Below are positions 13,417 to 24,000 of a stretch of 33,607 bases of DNA, piece by piece (position 1 is the first letter of the stretch; each line of letters opens with the position of its first letter). A model generated the notes under the pieces. That model had not been told where the DNA came from. It ran no database searches and saw only the letters and a list, made by a program, of their open reading frames with translations. The position numbers were made by a program, and so were the translations under genes. Source of the stretch: Nemertoderma westbladi (taxonomy: Eukaryota > Animalia > Xenacoelomorpha); the NCBI GenBank assembly GCA_032718475.1, contig JAUCBJ010007471.1:1-33607 (forward strand). The letters run 5' to 3'.

Positions 13417-14864
13417 TTAGTCTTTCTTGCGCGGACGGCGTTTACGCAGTTTTTTAAAGCTAGCAAGAGTCCTTTTCTCTTTGGGGCGAGCCACTTTACG
13501 AGGAGGGCTATAACTCCTGGGTGAAGGGTGCAATATGATTGCATCAGAAGGTATGGGATTGCGATCGGTATATCCGCCGGTCGAAGTACCGGGTTGATTG
13601 ACCTCAACGTCCGGGGAGAGGGGTCTAACGGCTTTGAGAGCTCGTTTCAAGACAGCCGCTCTTACGGGTCCTTTACGAGTGGTCTGAACGAGGGCCGTGG
13701 GTGGACCATAGGCAGTTAGAAACTTCCTTGGTTTAATGGTTCTTTCCAACTCGCGTTCGCGGGCTCTGTACTCGTAAGGCCGTCGATATACTTCCTGTAA
13801 CTCAGGGTGTGAGTTGACAAATAAGTCTCCATAGGCCGGATCTTGACGGATAAAGTTTATTAAGTTATACGAATTGATGTCACTCGGATTAATGCTCCTG
13901 AGGAATTTGCGTACATATTTGGTTGAAATACATTCTCCAACGCGCTTCAATAGTTCATAACTTGATAGGCGCGATTTCTGCTCGACGGAGGCAAACAAAT
14001 ATGGATGGAACGCATAAACTCCTTCGTAGGCGCGTCCAGGATAATAGCGATGGCGTGAATCACAATATAAATCAGTGTTCGCTCCCAAGCTCTGATGTAA
14101 CGTAGTGTGATCATTTCATCTACGCTTTCCAAATCGTGATTAAAAGGGCAATCGAAACTGGCGTGTCCTTTTAATTGACAATGATGGCATTGAGTCATAA
14201 ATTGGGGGCAGACAGCAAAAATGTGCAAATTATTAAGCCGACAATATGCACAATAGATTTCCATCGACGGTTGCTCGTGGAAATAGGAACAGATATCGTT
14301 GGTGTCCATAGACGTAATATGGTCTCTCGATGCGCACAGCCGACAACGTTGTCGAGAAACATAGTTGGCATGGCGATAATCGTACGCAGTGAGACACTGT
14401 GGACCTTGATACCCTTCTAGGATGTAATCGTTGTCGATATTCCGAGCGCGATAGGCTGAATCTCCTCAGATTCTAGACATATTGGTTCGTCTTCCCAGTC
14501 TGTTACGAATATAATTTTCGTGATCTATTCTCGGTTTATCGATACGACGCCGCTGGGTATGATATTTAAATAGAACCATTTCCCTTTCGGTGTCTACATC
14601 GTCCGTATCATGTAAATCGATAGGATGGCCGGTAGTTAAGAAGTCCATATACGTACCATTACGATGCGTATAGCGAGCGGTTAATTTTCGATAGTCCAAT
14701 TCACGCGTAAGTTGCTCTTGGGACATCGGCGGTTCGATATAACGACCATCGTCCTCCGTAATAGTCGGATCGGCTTCACCGCGCATCAAGCTATCCACAA
14801 ACGCTTGTAAAGGTAGAGTATATCACTCTCTAATACCAAGGTCATCTTCTATCAATTCTGTCAT
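13417..14864 (-). pseudogene. Extra ORF in env position: CCHC zinc-knuckle protein with basic C-terminus, ~480 codons, two in-frame TGA and one frameshift
   Basis: ATG 14864 (MTELIEDDLGIRE*), TGA 14825-14823, ORF 14798-14466, TGA 14468-14466, in-frame continuation through 14309-13947; switch to the 14088-13417 frame near 14115-14080. Motifs CRLC-x4-H-x9-C, CAYC-x5-H-x4-C, CHHC-x4-H-x4-C; ends KKLRKRRPRKKD. Confidence 0.75.
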
Positions 14865-15675
14865 ATCTGCTATCTGAGTTTATTAATATCAATCTAAGTT
14901 AATATTTTAGGCAAGCGGGCGTCGCTGCCTACTAGGCTTTTGCCCCCGGACAGTGGGTTTCTCAGCGCCGATGTACCGCTGTCGCAGTGTTTACGCCAAC
15001 ATGTAGCAACAGCACGACAACGATAACCGGCACAAGTCCCACCACTGTCCGTCCCAAAGGCTTGAATCCACTTGAGGTTATCTCGGTAGAGTTAGGGCTA
15101 TTTTACAATTGCGATTAGCTACTGTAAACACACTTTAGTAGTAACATTCACCTATAAACGCACAAATTCCATACAATCATTGCTTACTGCACACATGCAT
15201 GCCATTTGTCCGTTAGTCAGTGTCTTCCAGAATGTCACGTTATTACTATGTATCCTTGGATACTAATAGTGCGCTATATATACTCTTATGCTACGCAATG
15301 GGGCAAGCTTTTTATTGTTCCTTTAACTTGCTTCTAATTCTAGCGTGGGTGTTGCCATGGTGACATTATGGAAAACTAGCGGTAGAATTAGGGTAATTCT
15401 CATGCATACAGATCTGGGATGTTATTTAATAGTAATTCTTTAGTTGTCAATACCCTCTTTATGCATGATTTTATAAATTTTATCGGCTATTGACTATATA
15501 TTGGAGATTCTCGCACTCTAGTACACTCAATATGAATCTCCGCTCCCATGATCTATTAATTACTGTAATTTTGGGAATGTTATAAATTGCACAAATGACA
15601 ATTTATGAAATTCATTCGAATATGAATTTAAATTTATTCCCGTGAATTTTATTATTTGATGTTAAATTGATACAA

Positions 15676-15968
15676 TTTGATTCCAGAGCAGGTCTGGGGA
15701 CATAGGATCCTTAATTCTATGAAATTTGTCTTTTAAGAGTATCGGTAAGTGCTACGATATCTTAATCGACTAGAATTGTTAACGGATCTGAATTTTACAG
15801 ATTTTAATAAATATTAAATTAATATTTAGGATGGGCACCGATTTATTCCAGAACTTGTCTGGGGACGTTAACCACTGATTCTAGAATTTGTCTTTCAAGT
15901 ATATCGGTGGGTGCCACGATATCTTAATCGACTAGAATTACAGATGGTCAAAAGTTTAACAGATTTAT
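15676..15968. repeat. Two diverged ~125 bp direct repeats (165 bp period) in the internal 3' non-coding region
   Basis: ATTCCAGA..GTCTGGGGAC..AATTTGTCTTT..TATCGGT..ACGATATCTTAATCGACTAGAATT at 15680 and 15845. Confidence 0.88.
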
Positions 15969-16480
15969 TTGCGATTTACGCTACTGTTAGAGGGACATCA
16001 CGCTACTATATGTATTATTTGTTATAAGGTAGAAGAGCAATATCGCACGAAGCAATGTCAGTGTGAAGAGGCAAGTCGTTTCCAAGGTCTACCCAGAGCT
16101 TGGTTTAGCCGAGACACGAGGATCTGAACTTTGCATTCCTAATACTCTGCCTACCAATAATACTTAAATATAGTAGTGGCTTTATTGTACTTTAAGAAGT
16201 ACTGACATGTCATCTTACTATAGTCTCGCATTTATAATATAATACGGACAGTAAGGAAAGAGAAAAATAATTATTTCTTGCCGTCGCACTAAATATATTG
16301 TAAGTAATTAAATACGTAATAAACACTAATATATTGCACTAATCTACTGAACATTCTAAAATAACATTTTACTAAATAAAATCAAATAAAAACGATTATA
16401 ATAAAGTACATAATAAAGTTCGCATATAAAATGTAATAAAATCGATAAATTAATATAGTCATACACCCACTCCAGACGTA

Positions 16481-18090
16481 TCACGTTTGGGAGTCCCTAG
16501 ATGTTTGAGGTATTAGGGAGGTGGTCGTGGGAAGAGTGTCTTGTCTTCCATAGTTTCCGGAGAGTTCTCTGTCTCTTTCCAGCAAACATAAACGACCAAC
16601 TGGGCGATTGAGTTGTTGCGTCTCAAAGATTATTCCGGGTTTCTTGAAGTTACGCCTCATTACGACGAGTTCTACTGAGCGCACTAGACCATCCTCCGAG
16701 ATGTGCGTCTCGATGATACGACCGATCTGCCACCGTCTACGTGGGAGGTCCGGATCTACAATAAGGACCATGTCTCCGGCGCTGACATTTTCCTGCTGCG
16801 CAAACCACTTAGTTCGAAGTTGTAGCGTGGGCAGATAATGTTTCTCAAAATGGTCAGCGAAACGACGGGATAGCAACTGCATAAGCTGCCAAGTTCGACG
16901 ACAGTATTCATCTCCATCGGCAATCTCGGATTTTGGGAGCATGGCTACAGGTTTCTTAAGTAGGAAATGCGCGGGTGTTAGCGCTTCCAGGGAGTCGATA
17001 CTCGATGAGACTGGCATAAGCGGTCTCTCGTTAAGATAGGCAGCGATTTCTTCCATTAACGTCCGTAGAAGTTCGTCGGTGAGATATGCGCGGCACGGCA
17101 CGATAAAGTGAAATGCGGTCTTGACACTTCGAATCAATCTCTCCCAACTTCCTCCCCACCAAGGGGCGTCGGCGGCGTTAAAGGTCCAGCTAGACGCCGT
17201 TATCCGTAGCTGGTCATCCACCTGTCTTTGATTCCAGTCCTTTACGTAAGCCTGGATTTCGTTGTTGGCACCAATGAAGTTCGTTCCCTTGTCGGATCTC
17301 ATCGTATTGCTAGTGCCGAAACGAGCGATCTGTCGTCGTAGACATAAGACGAAGCTGTTAGTAGATAGATCGTTCACCATATCGAGATGGATAGCTCTAC
17401 AAGTCATGCAGACAAAGATTACACACCATCTCTTGATTATAGTTCTAGCACGATATACTTCAATAGGGCCAAATAAATCCACACCAGTATTAGTAAAGGG
17501 TGGTTCATAAAAGCTTACTCGTTCCCTAGGTAATTCTGCCTCTCGCTGTGTTAAAGGCCTACTGAATACTTTCCTACAAGGTATGCAGTTCCTAAGAACT
17601 TGATTCAGAGCTCTACGTGGTTTATGAAAATAATAGCGGGTTCGAATCTCGCTAAGAACTCGTTCTCTACCAGCATGATACAGTTTACTGTGAACATCTA
17701 CAATCATCTTGATTTGTACTTCAAGATTACTAATGAGTATAGGGAATTTAGTATCAAAAGATAATGGAGCGTTGGTAAGTCTTCCTCCAACGCGTATTAA
17801 CCCATCTATCATTGTGCTAGAGAAGCGATCCCTTAAGCGCATCTGCGGATTTCTCAACAACAGAAAGTACCTATCGGAATCCTCATAGCATTGCAATAGT
17901 CTCAGTAGCTGCTTATTAGTTTCTTCATGCTCCTGGTAGCTGATCTTCTCCTTTAGAAACCGGTCTGATATCTTGTACTTAGGTAGATCTTTAATAACAT
18001 GAACTTGCGCAGATGTTACCGGAGCAGGATCACTAGTGGTCTTCTTCCTGGAGTAATGATGGTGAAAACATCTCTTTAAGTATGTGATAG
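16481..18090 (-). CDS. BEL/Pao integrase portion of the polyprotein (frameshift-separated)
   Basis: DGLIRVGGRL, HHCC (H..LYHAG...CIPC), DDE motifs TGVDLFGP, SDKGTNF, GGSWERL, LTPAHFLL, C-terminal W..GRI...DGLVRSV. The frame is open from ~18090 (AITYLKRCF...) into the 17896 ORF. Confidence 0.95.
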
Positions 18091-21000
18091 CTTTGTGAGA
18101 CGATTCCAGGAACTGTAATGATGCAGTGCTCTCTGCAGCAGGGGTGAGATTCCTTGCGAGACGTCTGGTATCTCAGATTTCCAATTTCTATTTCTAATTT
18201 CCACAACAGATTTGTTTGTGGCGAGGGATTGTGGATCCGAAGTATCGTTCTCGGCAGTATGTAATACAGATAGGTCGATTGTCGGTTTAAATAACTTCGA
18301 TTTACTTGTCCGAATTTTGGGTTTGACTTTCTCCGCTCCCTTGGCTTGTCTAATCTCAGCCGTAGTAAGGTGAGGAGGCCATTCATCCTCTTCCTTGCTC
18401 AAGAAGTCGGGTCCACCCAACCAGTCAGGGGTATCTATCAGTTCCTGTGGAGTTGCTCCTCTGGAGGCGATGTCAGCTGGGTTAATCGTACCAGGGCAAT
18501 GTCTCCATTGATCTATCGTTGTGCGACTAAGAATAATGGCCACTCTGTTAGTAACAAAGACGCTGAACTGACAGACTTCATTCGTTATATATTCCAATAC
18601 AAGTAAAGCGTCGGTCCAATAAACAGTTTTCTCCAGTGGATAATCGATCTGTTCTGTTACATTCCGTCCGATAGCGGTAGCGTATAATGCTGCCTTTAAC
18701 TCCGCCCGAGGAACCTTAAGCTTGTTGTTAATCAATGCCTTAGAGGTAACCAAGGCAACTTTGATTCCATCCGGAGTTTCGACTCGCAGGTATGCTACTA
18801 TACCGATTCCCATATCGCTGGCATCTCCAAATACATGGAGTTGATAGGAATACGTAGGGAGAACATGACCAAAATACGAACGGGAAATTATAAAGTTCTC
18901 GATGGCAGGTAGCGAATCCTCCCATTTCATCCATTTCTTTAATAGTTCTCCCTTGAGTGGATCGTCCCACGAGTGGTTTTCTAGCCACATTTGTTGTACT
19001 AAACTCCGAGCAATCAATATAACTGGGCTAATAAATCCCAAGGGATCGAAATAAGTGCTCAGAATACTTAAACAAATCCGTTTGGACCGAACTGGATTAT
19101 CTCGCTGTTTTAACTGAAAAAACAGGATGTCTCTTTCTGTGTCCCACTTCAAGCCAAGTGTCTTGGTTTCCGGAAGATCATCATGTATTAAGTCGAGATC
19201 TTTTGCTCCCCGGTCTTCTACAGATATTGCTTCCAGAAACTCACGGGAGTTGCTGGTGAACTTCGTCAACCGAAATCCACCTCTTTTCAAACACTCAACC
19301 GTTCCTTTCGCGACATCAATGGCTTCCTTTACTGATGGAAGGGACTTTAGATTGTCGTCCATGTATATGTCTCGTTTGATGTTATCTATCACCTCTTTGG
19401 AGAAGGCATCCCGGTTGTCATCCGCAGTAGTACGGACCACTGAGCAGGCGTTTGAAGGGCTTGATATAATCCCAAAAGCCTGGATGGTCATCCAGTACTC
19501 TACTGGTGTCTGGTTGAGATCTCCTTCAGGCCACCACAGGAATCTTAGGCTGTCTCTATCACGATCCAACGCCTTGACTTGTAGGAACATTCCTTCTATA
19601 TCGGAGGCGAACGCGATGGAATATTGTCTTAATCTCAACAGTATCCCCAACAAAGATTGGAGCAAGTTGGGTCCTGGTAACAACTCGGAATTAAGGGATT
19701 GGCCCATATATAGGGCGGAGCCATCAAATACGACCCGTACTTCATGGGGTTTACCGGGTTTGGGAACATAATGATGTGTTAGATAATAAGTCCTTTCAGT
19801 TATTGGAGTTCCTTCCGGTACTCGCTCCGCATATCCCTTTGTGATAAATTTCTTCAACTGAGTTTGGTACATTTCCTTAGCTGAAGCGTTTGCCGTAAGA
19901 CGTCGATGTAATTGATTGATTCTTTTCTCAGCCAAGGGTCTGTTATTTATAAATCTGGGTTCACGTTTTCGGAAGGGTAGTCCGATTTCGTATCTACCTT
20001 GATCTTTTAAAAAACGTGTAGTTGTTTCCTGGATTTGCTTGGCTCTTTCTTCTTCTATTGACAGGGCTTTGTCGTATGAATTGGGTTCTACCAATTCTTG
20101 GGTAAAGAATCGTACGGCGAGTTCGTCCCGAGTTCTAGCGTTGTAGCGCTCTACCTCGTCATTAAGTTCGTCATTATAAATAATGGATTCCGTTAGGCGA
20201 ATCAGTTGACATAGATTCATTTGGTTTTTCCAAGTTTGGTTTTCGGTAAGTAGGTCAATTGTGTTCTCTTCTTCGAAGAGTTGGTAGATGTCGTCATTAT
20301 CCGAGGAGTATGGTGTTCCCTCAGTTAGTTCGTCCACTTCGCTGTTTTCCTCTTCCCAATCACTTACCTGATCTATTTGTTCGTGTGGCATTCTCTCTTC
20401 TAGAGTTCTACGGGAAGGGCCAGTAAAGTACCAACCTACTCTAGTTCTTACCGCATAAGTTTGCAGTGGCTGTGGTTGAGCAGGCCGTTTCTCTAATGTT
20501 TCGAGCGCCTCGTGCGCGTTTTGGCCGATAAGTATTTGCACTCCAGGATAATCTGTCTGGAATCGAGGTATCTTAAGATGTTGGACGCTCTCATCTTCGT
20601 CCCAATTATAAAGGTCTGCTTGAGTAGTAGCAAAGTTCTTTATAGCCACCATTTTTACTGACCTTACACCTTGTGTTCCTAACTTATCCTGGGGGGTGGA
20701 CAACACACCTACATAGTAATCTGCCGTCAGGGTAGATTTCCAAACCTGCATAATTCCTGACATATTCAATTTAGTCCGGAACTTGGGTTGTCCAGCAAAG
20801 ATATCTTCGGCTAGCTCTTGATCTATGAATGTTCCTGTGCTGCCTGAGTTCAGTAGGGCGTTCACTATGTAGCTTTTGTTAATACCATGAACTCTTACCT
20901 GAACTACAGGAAATTCTCTGATTCCTACATTGGAAGTTGGAGCTTTCCAAGATGATTGTTTGGCAAAAGTTGTAGGGGGGAACTCCTCGTTGATATCCTT

Positions 21001-24000
21001 TTCGTAAGTAAGTGCTCGATACACCGTGGTGTTTATTAGATAACAGGATTCATTTACGTCGGAGAATTCGTCAGTATAAAATCCTTCCATCTCAGACTCC
21101 TGATCAGTGTCGTTTACATCACTGAATTGGACATGTAGTTCGGACTCACTTACCTGACTCGGCTTGTCTCGTTCGAACTCACTATGTAACAAGATGTGAT
21201 GTTTCGCACCACACTTTTCACACTTTATGTCGGAGTAACAGGTTCGCCGTTGGTGTCCTGGTCTGAGGCAATTATAACATAACCGCTTGTCCCACACAAC
21301 TGTACGTCTGTCTACAAGGGATTTCTTTAGAAATTCCGCACACGCACTCAAACGGTGGGTCCCGTCACACAGCGCACAGTTAGGTTTTATGTTACTCACT
21401 TTACCCTGTGTAGTCTGATGCACTCTCGTTCTTTCTTCGGGCTTTCTTCCGCGCATTCTGTTAGGAGACTGAGGAGGGGTCTTAGTAACTTGTTCTCTCC
21501 TATTATTGGTTCGAGCTTTGTATTTACTTACGTCCTTGGAGGTTTTGTCAACATAATACGATCTATCGGTATCTTTCCCGCTGTCCTCTTCTTGGGAAGC
21601 TTGGCTTTCGCCGTCGTCAGTGTAACACACCGGTGTTACTCTTCTCCTAGAAGTGGGTTTCTCACTTACCTTATTTTCCGATGTTTTCTCTCTGGACTGC
21701 TTGATGAGTTGTAATTTGACTTCACCATCTAAGAAAGACATGAGATCAGCCATGGTTGGACTTCGTCGTTGTTGTTCATTCATGTACAACACTTTCTTGT
21801 CCCAGCGTGTACATACTCCACCCTTTGGTAAAGTAGAGACTACGGCTCCAATAACCATGGAACTCTGGTATTCGTGCGACTTACCTAACCAGTCCAGTTG
21901 TCTACAGATCTCTTGAATTTCATCGGAAAACTCTATAATCCCACTACTAAGGAAGTGTCGGGGGGCTACTAATTTTGTATACAAATACTTAGCTATGTTA
22001 TCTTTGTTACCATACCTGATGTTTAATGTATCCCAAACTTGTCTTAATCCTTCTGGATGTCCAATAAACTTTAACGCCATTAACTTGGGAGGTCCTTCCA
22101 AGCACTTGATGAGGAATCTAAGTTTCTCTCCGTTAGATAGTACAGAGTTCTGTATGCTATCTTTGTAATATTCGTTGAAAGGTAACCATTTCATCTCATC
22201 TCCATTGAATTTGACGATCTCTCCCACTTTGACCGCTTGGCGGGCTTCTGTTCTTGCCATCTGACGCGTAAAGCTTTCTTGGGCCATCGTGTTATTTAAT
22301 ATCGAATTATCGGTATACAAATTTCTCGGATCATTATCAGGTCTATAGGGAATATCATTAATAACAGGTCTATAATCACCCTTAATAGGGTTTGCTATAG
22401 GAGTTTCAACTTCACTAGCAGTATAGATGCGTGTAGGCTCCACACCTTGCGCATGTAATACTTCAGACCTAACGGGTTGACACAATGTTACAGGGGGCAT
22501 TGGTATGCCTTTTTGTATATTGACTAATTTGTCGCGTTCTAGCGCGATACTTTGCTGCACTTCTTGCAACTCTGCTCTACCTTCCCTCACTGTTCCCTTA
22601 AGTTGGTGGACAGTCTCCTGCATCTGTCCTAGCAGGAGATTCATCCCCCGCCGTCCCTCTTCCACCCACTCAACCGCCGAAGCGGGAGTCGCCAACATAG
22701 TAGCGGGCTGACGCGGGACGACGGGAGACAAATTATTGATTTCTCTCTCTGCTATCTGGACAGGGGTATTTGCATGGACTGTTCCACCGGGTACAGGCAG
22801 TGTAGTGCTATGTAAAGGGAATTTAGAGTTAAGCTCTGGAAGTGTAGGGGTCTCTAGCACAGAAGTGACTTTGGGAATTACAGGCCTAATTATTTCAGGT
22901 TCATCGACTATAGTAGGGAGTCTTTTGACCTGGATAAATTGTTCTATGGGTTCTGCACTACCTAAATCTGTGCTAGTTAGCTGTCTTTTAACAGCTGGGG
23001 GCAAATCAGGCAATTTACGACGGTAATATGTTTTTCTACGCCTACTTAGATGAGATCTATCTCCTCCGCCTTCAGGGTCGGTAGTATCGCCTTCCTCCGA
23101 TGATGTGTACCCCTGGCGCTTGGGAGTAGATTTTCTCATCATCTGCATTTGATTAGCAGTAAACTGTTTAGTTATACTGTCTTGTGTCTCTTGCAGATTC
23201 TCCAACTCCAGTTGGGTAGTCTGCTCAGATGCTCTCCTTTCTGCTGCTGCCATTGCCTTTGCTGCTTTTCTTTCAGCTTCTACTTCTGCCGCCGCTGTCT
23301 TTCTTTCTGCTGCTGCATCTGCTATAGCCTCCGCCATAGCCGCCGTTTTTTGTTCCTCTATCCTTCTTTTCTTTATTTGTTCTTCTTGGACTCTAGTGAG
23401 GCGGAGTTTTTCATCACATTCAGCTTGGTTTGCAGCTAACATTTCGGCGTCGATTGAGTCCAACACAAGCTTGGTTCCTTCACTATTAGGGGAAAGTCCA
23501 GACAGCCGTCTCCTCAACTCTTCGTCTCCTAGGAATCGCTGATAGTCGGACAAATAAATGTCGATAGCGTCTCTAGTTCGCGGTTTCTCGGCGGCCTCTT
23601 CGCTTTTCGCTTGAGCAAGGGTGACATCATTTGGTTCTTCATAGGTTGATCTCTCAGCCAGCTGGGATTTCCACGGGGCTGTTTCCTGTACTTTAAGATC
23701 TACCCGATGTAGCCAAGTTTTGACAGCAACCTGCAGCGACGTGTCCTGTCTTCTTTTGGAAGTTTCCTCAAAGGCTGAGAGGATTAGTCGAATGCGTAGG
23801 GTTCTTTCGCGTATTTGATATAGCAGTTCTTCCTGCTCTTGAGGTCCGTGAGGTTGTCGAAACAGTTGTTCTTCCAATCGCTCCAAGGATCCGAAGAATC
23901 CCTGCACATATCCTGCTGCCGACCTCTTCCAAACAGCTGGATCCATTGTATCTTTAGCCACTCCCATCCTGTGTATATCTTCCCAAGTAGCCTCGGACAT

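Noticed and set aside
13947-14085. Hydrophobic TLIYIVIHAIAIIL as an env transmembrane anchor
   Set aside because: It overlaps the much longer 223-aa frame and is probably the off-frame read past the frameshift; no signal peptide or ectodomain.
14466-14825. Programmed readthrough or selenocysteine at the two TGAs
   Set aside because: Point decay (e.g. CGA->TGA) is simpler, as the copy has other lesions; no SECIS seen.
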